Part shown: positions 18,285 through 28,412 of the stretch, in pieces
Numbering within the stretch: the first letter of the stretch is position 1
How the letters are laid out: each line of letters starts with the position of its first letter
Assembly: GCA_040758355.1 (NCBI GenBank)
Contig: JBFLWF010000013.1
Location: forward strand, 1-64,000
Reading direction: 5' to 3'
DNA: 64,000 nt
From: Nitrospirota bacterium
GTDB lineage: Bacteria; Nitrospirota; Thermodesulfovibrionia; Thermodesulfovibrionales; Dissulfurispiraceae
Notes under the pieces: model-generated
Seen by the model: the letters and a program-made list of their open reading frames with translations, nothing else
What the model was told of the DNA's origin: nothing
Database searches by the model: none
Translations under genes and position numbers: made by a program

Positions 18285-21100
18285 TTAATGGCATTATAAC
18301 ATCTTTCGCAGACCTGAGGATGGGCTTCGAATTTACCCACGGATTCGCTCCAGTTCCAGCACCTTTCGCACTTCTGCCCGGATGCCTTTTCGACTTTTAT
18401 GAACATGTTTTTAATCTCCGTGCTTTCATAAACCTCACCTGTCTTCTGGCTGGATGGATATATCTCAACTGCCGAGACAATGAAAAGTGCAGGCAGAAAG
18501 TTTTTATAGGCCTGTAAGAGATTAAACTCTTCATCAGGTAAATAGAATACGAGCTTTGCCTCAAGGGCATTGCCTATGAACTTCTCTTTTCTTTTTATCT
18601 CAAGCGCCTTATTGGCCTCGTCTCTTATCGTGATAAGTTTCTCCCATCTCTTTTCCAGCACTTCATCCACAAATTCTTCCTTTATAATGGGAAATCCTGA
18701 AAGAAAAACACTCTCTGCATCTGCTGACTGCTGACTGCTGTCTGCTGACTGCTTTTTCGGCACATAATTCCATATCTCATCGGCAGTGAATGACAGAACA
18801 GGCGCCATAAGCCTTGTCATGTCAACGAGTATCTGGTACATAACCCACTGGGCTGCACGCCTCTCAGCCGAATCTGCCCTGAATGTATAGAGGCGGTCTT
18901 TCAATATATCGAGATAAAAAGAGCTCATATCAACAATGCAGAAATTGTATATGGAGTGGAACGCCTCATGGAAGTTGAAATCCTCGTAGGCCTCCATGAC
19001 CTTTTGAATCAAATTCTGAAGCCTGCTCATAGCCCATCTGTCTATCTCAAGGAGATTTGCGCTATAGTCTTTCCCGTCAAAATCGGAAATATTGCCTAAG
19101 AGGAATCTCCCTGTATTCCTTATCTTCCTGTATGCCTCTGTAAGCCTGCTTATTATCTCCTTTGAAAGCCTTACATCATCACGGTAATCCTCTGCAGAGA
19201 CCCACAATCTGAGAATGTCTGCACCATTGGCTTTTATGACTTCTTGTGGCGCTATGACATTTCCGAGGGACTTTGACATCTTCTTTCCCTGGCCGTCAAC
19301 CGTGAATCCGTGTGTAAGGACTATGTTGTATGGGGCCTTTTCCCTTGTGCCGACAGATGCAAGAAGCGAACTCTGGAACCACCCCCTGTGCTGGTCGCTT
19401 CCTTCAAGATACATTGCAGCAGGCCATGAGAGCCTTTCATCCCTTTCCAGAACCGCTGCATGGCTAACGCCTGAATCGAACCACACATCAAGAATATCCA
19501 TTTCTTTCTTAAAAGACGTACTGCCGCATCTGCATTTATAGCCGTCTTTCAGCAGGTCTTTGACATCAGCTTTAAACCAAATATCAGCACCTTCCTGCTC
19601 TGTAAGTTTCACTATTTTGTTGAACAATTCTTCATCATCGAGAAATGCTCCGCAGTCTTCGCATGTGATTAGGGTTATGGGTACTCCCCATGACCTCTGT
19701 CTCGAAACACACCAGTCCGGCCTGTTGGAGACCATGCCGTGAATTCTTTCCCTGCCCCATGAGGGAATCCATTCAACCCTCTCTATCTCCTTCAGGCATT
19801 TCTGCCTGAGATTTCTCTTTTCCATGGATATGAACCACTGGGCAGTTGCCCTGAATATAACAGGCTTTTTGCATCTCCAGCAGTGGGGATATGAATGCCT
19901 GATTTTATCAATTCCTAAAAGGGCATTCCTTTGTTTCAGTGTATCTATGATTCCTTCATTTGCCTTGAAGACAAACTGCCCCTCGAATTCAGGGACATGT
20001 TTTGTGAACTTGCCTCTGTCATCAACAGGTGCATATATATCAAGTCCGTATTTAAGGCCTGCCTCGTAGTCATCCTCGCCATGTCCCGGCGCAATATGAA
20101 CAATGCCAGAGCCTTCGCCGACAGTGACAAAATCTCCAAGAATAACCTTTGATTCCCTGTCTATAAATGGATGTTTTGCCCTCATGCCTTCGAGCTTGTC
20201 GCCGGAAATTTTCAGGATAACATTTCCTTTGATAATATCCTTCACTTTGAGATTTTCAAGATTATCCTCTGCAACTATATGTATTGCATTTTCATCTTCC
20301 GTGGCATCCTCAACTGCAGCATAGATAAGCTCCGGATGCACTGCAAGCGCAAGGTTTGCAGGAAGCGTCCATGGAGTAGTTGTCCAGATAACGATATATG
20401 TCTTTTTGCCTGCTAATTGTGGAAGGTACTTTGAAATGTCATCTTCTACGATCTGAAATCTTACAAATATTGAAGGGGATTCCTTATCTGCATACTCCAC
20501 TTCTGCCTCTGCAAGGGCAGTAACGCATGAAGGACACCAGTGCACAGGCTTTTTGCCTTTATAGACAGAGCCGTTATTTACAAACCTGAAAAACTCCCTG
20601 ACAATTGATGCCTCATAATCATAAGACATTGTGAGATAAGGATTGTCCCAATCGCCGAATACGCCAAGCCTCTTGAAGTCTTCCCTCTGGATATTTACGA
20701 ACTTATCCGCATATTCCCTGCAGAGCTGCCTCTTTTGTAAGACATCCACCTGCTCTTTTTTGTCTCCAAGATTCTTATCCACCTGAAGCTCTATGGGAAG
20801 GCCGTGGCAGTCCCATCCCGGAACATAGGGAGAGTAATATCCCTGCATAGATTTGTATTTGACAATAATGTCCTTGAGAATTTTATTCAGCGCATGTCCG
20901 ATATGGATATTGCCGTTTGCATAAGGCGGCCCGTCATGGAGGATAAAGCTCTTATTGCCTTTATTTTTTTCCTGAAGCCTTCTGTAAATTGCCTTTTCTT
21001 CCCATAATTTCAGCATCTCGGGCTCCCTCTGATTGAGGTTTGCCTTCATGGGAAAGTCTGTTTGTGGTAAATTAAGGGTATCCTTGTAATCAATTGGCAT
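18281..21100 (-). CDS. ileS: Isoleucyl-tRNA synthetase (type 1)
   Basis: HDGPPYANG, HIGH, KMSKS, C-terminal zinc finger. Confidence 0.97.
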   Translation of the reverse strand: MPIDYKDTLNLPQTDFPMKANLNQREPEMLKLWEEKAIYRRLQEKNKGNKSFILHDGPPYANGNIHIGHALNKILKDIIVKYKSMQGYYSPYVPGWDCHGLPIELQVDKNLGDKKEQVDVLQKRQLCREYADKFVNIQREDFKRLGVFGDWDNPYLTMSYDYEASIVREFFRFVNNGSVYKGKKPVHWCPSCVTALAEAEVEYADKESPSIFVRFQIVEDDISKYLPQLAGKKTYIVIWTTTPWTLPANLALAVHPELIYAAVEDATEDENAIHIVAEDNLENLKVKDIIKGNVILKISGDKLEGMRAKHPFIDRESKVILGDFVTVGEGSGIVHIAPGHGEDDYEAGLKYGLDIYAPVDDRGKFTKHVPEFEGQFVFKANEGIIDTLKQRNALLGIDKIRHSYPHCWRCKKPVIFRATAQWFISMEKRNLRQKCLKEIERVEWIPSWGRERIHGMVSNRPDWCVSRQRSWGVPITLITCEDCGAFLDDEELFNKIVKLTEQEGADIWFKADVKDLLKDGYKCRCGSTSFKKEMDILDVWFDSGVSHAAVLERDERLSWPAAMYLEGSDQHRGWFQSSLLASVGTREKAPYNIVLTHGFTVDGQGKKMSKSLGNVIAPQEVIKANGADILRLWVSAEDYRDDVRLSKEIISRLTEAYRKIRNTGRFLLGNISDFDGKDYSANLLEIDRWAMSRLQNLIQKVMEAYEDFNFHEAFHSIYNFCIVDMSSFYLDILKDRLYTFRADSAERRAAQWVMYQILVDMTRLMAPVLSFTADEIWNYVPKKQSADSSQQSADAESVFLSGFPIIKEEFVDEVLEKRWEKLITIRDEANKALEIKRKEKFIGNALEAKLVFYLPDEEFNLLQAYKNFLPALFIVSAVEIYPSSQKTGEVYESTEIKNMFIKVEKASGQKCERCWNWSESVGKFEAHPQVCERCYNAIK

Positions 21101-21144
21101 AACAGGAAAATTACCACTAAAGGGTATTTGGTGTCAAGGAAGGC

Positions 21145-21984
21145 ATGAGAAGGCTCGGTGTCCATACATCCATAGCAGGCGGTGTGCATCTTTCTATTGA
21201 GAGGGCAAAAGAGTTGGGATGCAACACCGTCCAGATATTTTCCCACAACCCAAGACAATGGCTCGTGAAAGAGATACCCGCAGATTCAATTTCAAGATTT
21301 AAAAAACTACGAAAAACATACGATATAAGTCCAGCTTTCATTCACACCTCTTATCTCATAAACCTCGCTGCTTCGGATAACGCCATCCTTAAAAAATCAA
21401 TAGAGATGCTGATTCAAGAAATGGATATCGCAGACTTGTTGGATGCCGATTATGTGATACTCCATACAGGCAGCGCATCTCAGGATTCAGAAGAAGTCGG
21501 CCGTAAAAGGGCAATAGAGGCACTAAAAAGGGTGGCAAGTGAGAAATATTGGAAAGCTAAACTTCTCCTTGAAAATACTGCCGGAGAGAGGGGAGACGTA
21601 TCATCACACATAAAAGACATTGCAGAGATTATTGATAAGACAGGCAGTCCTCTGATAGGAGGCGTGGTAATCGATACATGCCATGCCTTTGCAGCGGGTT
21701 ATGACATAAAAAATGAAAAGGGTTTGTCAGAGTTTATAAAAGAAATAGCGGTACATATCGGATTAAACAATGTAAAACTCATTCACCTCAATGATTCAAA
21801 AAAAGGCCACAACTCCCATGTAGACAGGCATGAGCATATCGGACACGGTGGCATCGGCAAAGAAGGATTGAAAAAATTCATAAACCATCCTGCCTTTAAA
21901 AATATTCCCTTAATACTCGAAACCCCTAAGAAGGGTGAAGAGGATGATCCGAGAAATCTGAAGATCGTTAGAAGTTTACTGTAA
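21145..21984 (+). CDS. nfo: Endonuclease IV
   Basis: HTSYLINLA, LLENTAG, DTCHAFAAG, HLNDSK, DRHEHIG, ILETP. Confidence 0.95.
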   Translation: MRRLGVHTSIAGGVHLSIERAKELGCNTVQIFSHNPRQWLVKEIPADSISRFKKLRKTYDISPAFIHTSYLINLAASDNAILKKSIEMLIQEMDIADLLDADYVILHTGSASQDSEEVGRKRAIEALKRVASEKYWKAKLLLENTAGERGDVSSHIKDIAEIIDKTGSPLIGGVVIDTCHAFAAGYDIKNEKGLSEFIKEIAVHIGLNNVKLIHLNDSKKGHNSHVDRHEHIGHGGIGKEGLKKFINHPAFKNIPLILETPKKGEEDDPRNLKIVRSLL

Positions 21985-21987
21985 CTA

Positions 21988-22299
21988 AATCAGCGGTAAG
22001 GATGGGTCTCTGGAGTGAATAGCTGAGTTTTGGAAACGGTTCTTTGCAAGTGGATCGCCAGGCAATGGCATAATCTCTCCGCTTCATTCTCGAATGGCAT
22101 CCAGCCATTCTCCGAAGCAAAGACAGCCCGCTTAGTCATCCATGCTACGCTTGGGCTGTCCAAGTCGCTTCGAGACCATACCATTGCCTGACAGACGCAA
22201 GTGTCTGAGCGAAGCGAGTTTTGCGGCTGTAGCGGAAGGAGCATTAGAACTGTCAAAACTTAGCTCCTGAACGGAAGAGACTTATCCTTACCGCTGGAT
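21988..22299. mobile_element. MITE-like repeat, copy 3 (about 312 bp, inverted relative to copy 1)
   Basis: Full-length homologue of 6745-7059 between convergent nfo and argB. Confidence 0.85.
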
Positions 22300-22307
22300 G
22301 CTAAAAA

Positions 22308-23186
22308 CTACGCTACTATCTCTGTCCCTATTCCCTCTTTTGTGAATATTTCCAAAAGCAGGCAGTGCGGAGTCCTGCCGTCAACGATATGCGTCTTTTT
22401 CACGGCGCCATCCAATGCGCGTGTGCATGCCTGAACTTTTGGGAGCATGCCTCCTGAAACAGTGCCGTCATCGATGAGTTTCTTAATGCCTTTTTTATTA
22501 ACTGACGATATTACATCGCCCTTTTTATTCTTTATCCCCGGCACATCCGTAAGCAGTATAAGCTTCTCTGCCTTCAAGGCCGACGCAATAGCGGAAGCCA
22601 CATAATCGGCATTAATGTTAAATGCCTCGCCTTTACTCCCGACGCCGATAGGTGAGATAACAGGTATAAAACCGTCCCGTTCAAGGGAATTCAGTATTTC
22701 AGGGTCAACTGATTCAACCTCACCGACCAATCCAATGTCGATTATTTCTTCGTCTCCTGTATCGGTAGCCTTCTTTATGACTTTCTTCTTCGCCTTTATA
22801 AGACCTCCGTCTTTACCGCTCAATCCCGCCGCCTTGCCGCCGTGACTGTTTATCAATGCAACTATCTCTTTATTTATAAGCCCTCCAAGCACCATTTCCA
22901 CAATATCCATAGTCTCTTTATCAGTCACGCGCTGGCCATGAATGAATGTGGGCTCCTTGCCCATCTTCTTCATGGTCTGGCTAATTTTAGGCCCTCCGCC
23001 GTGAATTATGACTGGCTTGATGCCGATAAAGTTCAAAAGAACCACATCCTGTGCAAAGGAATCTTTTAAGTCTTCTTCTGTCTGTGCAGCCCCGCCGTAT
23101 TTTATTACAAATGTCTTCCCATAAAAATTGCGGATATACGGCAATGACTCAATTAAAATATTCGCCTTTTCAATAAGTTTTTTCAT
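22308..23186 (-). CDS. argB: Acetylglutamate kinase
   Basis: VIKYGG, HGGGP, NINAD, GGMLPKV. Confidence 0.95.
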   Translation of the reverse strand: MKKLIEKANILIESLPYIRNFYGKTFVIKYGGAAQTEEDLKDSFAQDVVLLNFIGIKPVIIHGGGPKISQTMKKMGKEPTFIHGQRVTDKETMDIVEMVLGGLINKEIVALINSHGGKAAGLSGKDGGLIKAKKKVIKKATDTGDEEIIDIGLVGEVESVDPEILNSLERDGFIPVISPIGVGSKGEAFNINADYVASAIASALKAEKLILLTDVPGIKNKKGDVISSVNKKGIKKLIDDGTVSGGMLPKVQACTRALDGAVKKTHIVDGRTPHCLLLEIFTKEGIGTEIVA

Positions 23187-23274
23187 AGTCTAACCTCACA
23201 TGAATCTATTTGCCTTTTTTCTTTTCGATATATTCTACTAAAAGCACCTTATCTGTTGGAATTCATAACGACCC

Positions 23275-23721
23275 CTAAATTTTGGCCATTTTATTCAACA
23301 ACTCATTCGAAACATAAAAGCCCATTTCTTTTAATTCCTTTACCTTCTCAAATGCGCTACTTATCAATCCCGTTTTCTCTGCTTTTAGCAATAGTCCAAT
23401 AGTTCCGCTGACAGTCAACCCAAAGTCTTCAGCAATCTTGCGGGCTTTTAAATCGTCTATTAAGACATTCGCTCCCGATTCATAAGCAAGTGCTATAACT
23501 TCAGCTTCTCCCCGTCCCAGATTTAAATCTTGTGTTAATACTTTAATTAGTTTACTCTTAATCTTTCTTTTCGAGTAACATTCAATATTAACATTGCCAA
23601 ACTCGGCAATAACGCCTTCAGGCAGGATAATTTCTTTATACAGCTTACATAAGATCTGTAGGAGGTTTATTTTTTCGAGCGCTATAAGGACAGAGGCATC
23701 TAAGATAACCGATTCATGCAT
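23275..23721 (-). CDS. DUF3368-type PIN-domain toxin
   Basis: VILDASVLI, LGRGEAEVIALA, LIDDLKAR, GTIGLL. Confidence 0.85.
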   Translation of the reverse strand: MHESVILDASVLIALEKINLLQILCKLYKEIILPEGVIAEFGNVNIECYSKRKIKSKLIKVLTQDLNLGRGEAEVIALAYESGANVLIDDLKARKIAEDFGLTVSGTIGLLLKAEKTGLISSAFEKVKELKEMGFYVSNELLNKMAKI

Positions 23722-23941
23722 TGCGTAATTCTTTATTTAGGTCGAGTTTTTCGTATTTTACAGGAGCTATTCCTTTATGCACCAAGACTTCCGCAAATGC
23801 CTTCTCGGAATAACCAGCTATTTCTGATGCCTTTCCAAGGGAGACAACGCCATCTTCAAAAAGTTTTATGGCAAGCAGTAATTTCAATTCATCTTCTTTT
23901 ATATTGAGTTCAGGGAGGCTAACAGTCATGCCCATACGCAC
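23714..23941 (-). CDS. UPF0175 family antitoxin
   Basis: LAIKLFEDGVVSLGKASEIAG; overlaps toxin start. Confidence 0.85.
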   Translation of the reverse strand: MRMGMTVSLPELNIKEDELKLLLAIKLFEDGVVSLGKASEIAGYSEKAFAEVLVHKGIAPVKYEKLDLNKELRNA

Positions 23942-24161
23942 TTCTCCTTATTAATTTAACTTTTCGAAAACCAGATTCTTCCAGCACATCCTCTAATGTT
24001 CCCATCTGTTCGCATTCTTCAACAAATGCCTCTATTGCCTCTTTTAGAGATGCCTTCGCCTCATCTATCGTCTCACCAAAGCTTGACACATTTAATTCTG
24101 GAGCAAGTGCTACATAAACATCATCTTCTTTAAATATCTCGGCCTTTAAGTGAATGTTCAT
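23919..24161 (-). CDS. HicB-like antitoxin, orphan
   Basis: YVALAPELNVSSFGETIDEA motif; no adjacent hicA. Confidence 0.75.
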   Translation of the reverse strand: MNIHLKAEIFKEDDVYVALAPELNVSSFGETIDEAKASLKEAIEAFVEECEQMGTLEDVLEESGFRKVKLIRRSAYGHDC

Positions 24162-24209
24162 CTATAAAGAACCTCCTCTAACCTCTTGGCTACATTATAT
24201 CACAGAATG

Positions 24210-24791
24210 TTACGCCTCAAAACAAGGTATGCACACGATCTTTCCATCTTTCACTCTCGCCTTTGGCTCCGCTACTTTTTCCCCGCACATCTCGCATTTG
24301 ACGCTTGGGTATATCTTCGCCTCTGCAGGAAGCTGCATTTTTAATCTTGTCATTTTCAACAGTTCCGAATCGGGCGCATCGAGTATCGCCTTCATCTTCT
24401 TTGCCTTCCTATTATGAACAGCCTTTAATACATCAGAACGGTCACCTTCAGAATATCTCTTCCACATTTCCTTTTCTTCCTCTGTTTCTTCAGGCAAAGC
24501 TAAGTCTATAGAGATTCTGACTGCATCTCCCGATGGTCTCTTAATGAATGTATAAACCTGCTTGCCGTAATCCTTAAATATTAGATTTCCCTTTCCGAAA
24601 GTACAGCCTGTAAGCACTTGAATTGCGTCCACAGCGCATGAATCGTTTTCCACTATTGCCACTACTTCCTCGTCCTCAGAGATATTTTCCATATTCAGTT
24701 CTTTTACTGCTGCAACTGCAACCCTGTAGCCAAAGGCGAGGCCGGGGCAACTATGACCGTGAAATTTTACGACATCATCGAATGCTTTCAT
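24210..24791 (-). CDS. FmdE/FwdE family protein with C-terminal zinc finger
   Basis: FHGHSCPG, CAVDAIQVLTGCTFGKGN, CEMCGE...CIPC. Confidence 0.88.
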   Translation of the reverse strand: MKAFDDVVKFHGHSCPGLAFGYRVAVAAVKELNMENISEDEEVVAIVENDSCAVDAIQVLTGCTFGKGNLIFKDYGKQVYTFIKRPSGDAVRISIDLALPEETEEEKEMWKRYSEGDRSDVLKAVHNRKAKKMKAILDAPDSELLKMTRLKMQLPAEAKIYPSVKCEMCGEKVAEPKARVKDGKIVCIPCFEA

Positions 24792-24795
24792 AATC

Positions 24796-25593
24796 TTATA
24801 TCTGCTGCTCGAATTTTGTTATCAGCACATTATACCCTTCATTGGCAAGGGCATTTCCTATTTTCTGTGCATCTACTTTGTTATTAAACTTCCCAATCCT
24901 TACCCTGTAATATTTGGCGCCGCCCACATTGGCCTCAATTATATAAACATGCTTATAATTCAGTTCCATCGCCGTCTTAAGCCTCTTTGCATTTGACTCG
25001 TCTTTAAAAGAGCCGACCTGAATCGTCAAAGTGCCGCTGGATACCCCGTATCTAATATACTTTACATATCGCAAATCCCTTCCCAAGGGCTCTATCATCA
25101 CGGCACCTGTGCCAGGCCCCACAAGGTCTATCTTTTTTGCCGCTGCATAAGAGAGGTCAAGGTCACGGCCGGGAATAAAGGGACCTCTGTCATTCACGAC
25201 ACATTCTACATCCTTGTTGTTCTGGGGGTTAACAACCTTGAGTTTTGTTCCAAAGGGATACTCCTTGTGGGCGCAGGTTAAAGCATACATATTGAACAAT
25301 TCCCCCGATGATGTCGGTCTGCCGTGAAAATCTGGGCCATACCATGACGCAACAATCCTTTTCCTGTCACCTTTGAACGCCTCAAATCCCTGCGGCTCTT
25401 GTTCTTTTTCGACCTTCTTTTCAGGAGGCGTAGCCGATGGCGTTACAGGGACTGTCTCATATCGTGCAGCAGTGCAAGAAGAAAGGTAAAAGGCGATAGG
25501 CAATAGGCAACAGGCAAGGAACATCGACTTCTGTCGTTTTACTCTTGACCCTTTACCCTTGACCCTAAAGTATGTATCTGCTGAGGTCTTCAT
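24796..25593 (-). CDS. rlpA: Septal ring lytic transglycosylase RlpA with SPOR domain (start uncertain)
   Basis: Lipobox LSSC, ASWYG, NDRGPF, DLSYAAA, IQVGSF. Confidence 0.88.
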   Translation of the reverse strand: MKTSADTYFRVKGKGSRVKRQKSMFLACCLLPIAFYLSSCTAARYETVPVTPSATPPEKKVEKEQEPQGFEAFKGDRKRIVASWYGPDFHGRPTSSGELFNMYALTCAHKEYPFGTKLKVVNPQNNKDVECVVNDRGPFIPGRDLDLSYAAAKKIDLVGPGTGAVMIEPLGRDLRYVKYIRYGVSSGTLTIQVGSFKDESNAKRLKTAMELNYKHVYIIEANVGGAKYYRVRIGKFNNKVDAQKIGNALANEGYNVLITKFEQQI

Positions 25594-26908
25594 CCTTCAC
25601 CACATCTGAAAGTTTCTTTCTTACATATTGCCTGTCTATGACAATCTTTTCATCCTTCATTTCAGGCGCATCAAAGGATATGTCCTCAAGAAGCCTCTCG
25701 ATCACTGTGTGAAGCCTTCGTGCTCCAATGTTCTCTGTCTTTTCATTCACCGTAACAGCAATGTCTGCTATTTCATCAATGGCATCTTCTGTAAATTCGA
25801 GTTTTACATCCTCTGTCTCAAGAAGTGCTGTGTATTGTTTTATCAGCGCATTATGCGGCTCTGTGAGTATTCTTACAAAATCATCCTTGCCAAGAGATTC
25901 AAGTTCAACCCTTATGGGAAACCTTCCCTGAAGCTCGGGAATGAGGTCAGACGGCTTGGCTATATGGAAAGCGCCGGCAGCGATAAACAGTATATGCTCT
26001 GTCCTGACAGGACCATGTTTTGTGGCAACTGTTGACCCCTCCACGATTGGCAGCAGATCTCTCTGAACTCCCTCCCTCGACACATCAGGACCATGGCCAT
26101 GACCCCTGCTCGCAACCTTGTCTATCTCATCTATAAAAACAATCCCTGCCTGCTCTACCCTCTCTATGGCCTCCTTTGTAACCTTTTCCATATCTATAAG
26201 CTTGCTTGCCTCCTCCTGTGTGAGCATGGCTAATGCTTCAGGGACCTTAACCTTCTTCCTCTTCGACTTCTCGGGCATAAAGCTTCCGAGCATCTCTTTG
26301 AGATTAATTTCCAGTTCTTCTAATCCTACATTGGATATAACGCCAAATGGCATCATCTTTTCTCTGACCTCGATATCCACATATCTGGAATCAAGTTTTC
26401 CTCCCCTCAGTTGCATCCTCAGCCGCTCTCTTGTATCTTTGTAGCTTTCCTTCTCTTCCTCCTCTGAAGCAGCAACCCCTCTAACAGGTCTCGGAGGCGG
26501 TAATAAAAGGTCGAGAACCCTGTCTTCGGCGAGGGTCTTTGCCTTCTCCTGCACCTTTTCCATATGCTCTGTCTTAACCATGTTCATGGCAATTTCGGTG
26601 AGGTCCCTTATCATTGACTCCACATCCCTGCCCACATAGCCTACTTCCGTAAATTTCGATGCCTCTATTTTCAGGAAAGGCGCATTGGCAAGCCGCGCAA
26701 GCCTTCTCGCAATCTCGGTCTTACCGACGCCTGTCGGGCCTATCATGATAATGTTTTTAGGCAGCACCTCGTCCTTCAGGTCGGGAGAGAGCCGCTGTCT
26801 TCTCCATCTGTTCCTCAAAGCTATTGCAACTGCCTTTTTAGCGTTATCCTGACCAATGATATACTTATCCAACTCTCCTACTATTTTTTTAGGTGTAAAG
26901 TTATCCAT
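25565..26908 (-). CDS. hslU: ATP-dependent protease ATPase subunit
   Basis: [25 protein letters not shown]. Confidence 0.97.
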   Translation of the reverse strand: MDNFTPKKIVGELDKYIIGQDNAKKAVAIALRNRWRRQRLSPDLKDEVLPKNIIMIGPTGVGKTEIARRLARLANAPFLKIEASKFTEVGYVGRDVESMIRDLTEIAMNMVKTEHMEKVQEKAKTLAEDRVLDLLLPPPRPVRGVAASEEEEKESYKDTRERLRMQLRGGKLDSRYVDIEVREKMMPFGVISNVGLEELEINLKEMLGSFMPEKSKRKKVKVPEALAMLTQEEASKLIDMEKVTKEAIERVEQAGIVFIDEIDKVASRGHGHGPDVSREGVQRDLLPIVEGSTVATKHGPVRTEHILFIAAGAFHIAKPSDLIPELQGRFPIRVELESLGKDDFVRILTEPHNALIKQYTALLETEDVKLEFTEDAIDEIADIAVTVNEKTENIGARRLHTVIERLLEDISFDAPEMKDEKIVIDRQYVRKKLSDVVKDEDLSRYIL

Positions 26909-27434
26909 TTAACTCCTCTAATGTTATATTCTTATTCGTGTAAATGCATATATCCGCTGCTATATCCATAGCCTTTTTCACTATCTCAGCTGCATTAAGG
27001 TCTGTAGTTTCGTACAATGCCCTTGCTGCTGCCTGTGCATAGGGACCGCCGGAACCGATGGCTGCAACGCCGTCTTCAGGCTCGATGACATCGCCTGTCC
27101 CCGAAAGTATAAGTGTATGTTCATTATCGGCAACAATGAGCAGTGCCTCAAGTCTCCTTAGAATCTTATCTGTCCGCCAGTCCTTTGCAAGCTCCACAGC
27201 GGCCCTCGTGATATTTCCCCTGTATGATTCGAGCTTTGATTCAAACTTCTCGAAGAGCGTAAAGGCGTCTGCAGTGGCTCCGGCAAAGCCTGCGAGTATT
27301 TTATCATTATACATTTTTCTTGTCTTTTTGGCATTATGCTTCAATACCGTATTCCCCATCGTCACCTGCCCGTCGCTGGCAATGGCAACCTTTCCGTTAC
27401 GCCTTACGCATAGAATCGTTGTCCCGTGAAACAT
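26901..27434 (-). CDS. hslV: ATP-dependent protease peptidase subunit
   Basis: GTTILCV N-terminal Thr, GSGG. Confidence 0.97.
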   Translation of the reverse strand: MFHGTTILCVRRNGKVAIASDGQVTMGNTVLKHNAKKTRKMYNDKILAGFAGATADAFTLFEKFESKLESYRGNITRAAVELAKDWRTDKILRRLEALLIVADNEHTLILSGTGDVIEPEDGVAAIGSGGPYAQAAARALYETTDLNAAEIVKKAMDIAADICIYTNKNITLEELNG

Positions 27435-27437
27435 GCT

Positions 27438-28412
27438 TTATTTTCCTCCTTTTCTTTCTTCTACTTTGTCTGCAACAGGGTTCCCATGAAAATTTTTCGC
27501 AGAAAAATTTTCATGGGACATAGGGTGTGCCTTATCATAAACATCGATCAAATGTCCTATATCGAGATGTGTGTACTTCTGTGTTGTCGAAAGTGACGAG
27601 TGCCCCAGAAGCTCCTGAATCACCCTCAAATCCGCACCCCCAAACAAGAGATGTGTTGCAAATGTATGTCTTAATGTATGCGGGCCTATCTGCCCATCAA
27701 TGCCGATTGCGCGGGCATATTTAACCACAATCCTTCTTATCTGTCTGTCTGTCAGCCTTTCGCCATTCCTGTTCAAAAAGAGTGCGTTATCGCTGTCAGA
27801 AATCGATTTCTTCTTCTTGTAAAGCTTCCTTTCGATCAAATAAGATTTCAATGAATCCATGGCCTTGTTGCCGACAGGGACAATCCTCTCCTTCTTACCC
27901 TTTCCTTTAGCCTTTACCATTCCTTCCCTCGTATTCAGGTCATCGATATTAAGACCGGCAATTTCGCTGACCCTCAAACCGCTGGAATAAAGCAACTCCA
28001 GAATTGCCCTGTCACGCACCGGGAGGAGTCCTATTCCTTCGGGTGTCTGAACAAGATTGAACGCATCGTCCACGGACAGGAAATTAGGCAGGTGTTTTGA
28101 TGTCTTTGGAGCAGGGACAAGCTTGGCCTGATTGATCTTTACATAACCTTCCTGATAGAGGTAACTGAAAAACGACCTTAATGTTGCAAGCTTCCTTGAA
28201 ACAGTGGTTTTTGATTTTCCTTTATTTATCTGTTCAGAAATAAAGCCCCTTATATCTATCATATCTATATCTCCGGGTTGCGCATGGCAGTATTCGGAGA
28301 AGTCCTTTAAATCCCTCTCGTATGCCCTGAGTGTATGTACAGAGACATTCCTCTCTATCCCAAGGTATTTCAAAAATTTTTTAATATATATCTCTAATCC
28401 TTCGTCTGCCAT
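27438..28412 (-). CDS. xerC: Tyrosine recombinase XerC
   Basis: SGLRVSE, HTLRHTFATH, LLGHSSLSTTQKYTH; between trmFO and hslV. Confidence 0.9.
   Translation of the reverse strand: MADEGLEIYIKKFLKYLGIERNVSVHTLRAYERDLKDFSEYCHAQPGDIDMIDIRGFISEQINKGKSKTTVSRKLATLRSFFSYLYQEGYVKINQAKLVPAPKTSKHLPNFLSVDDAFNLVQTPEGIGLLPVRDRAILELLYSSGLRVSEIAGLNIDDLNTREGMVKAKGKGKKERIVPVGNKAMDSLKSYLIERKLYKKKKSISDSDNALFLNRNGERLTDRQIRRIVVKYARAIGIDGQIGPHTLRHTFATHLLFGGADLRVIQELLGHSSLSTTQKYTHLDIGHLIDVYDKAHPMSHENFSAKNFHGNPVADKVEERKGGK
27482..27518. repeat. Palindrome with perfect 16-bp arms inside xerC 3' end
   Basis: TCCCATGAAAATTTTT-cgcag-AAAAATTTTCATGGGA, flanked by AGGGT direct repeats. Confidence 0.85.

Noticed and set aside
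24210..24791. FmdE as evidence of methanogenesis or C1 pathway
   Set aside because: Stand-alone FmdE homologues are widespread; no other fmd/fwd subunits are here.
27438..28412. Tyrosine recombinase as prophage or island integrase
   Set aside because: Sits in the housekeeping trmFO-xerC-hslVU order; no phage genes nearby.
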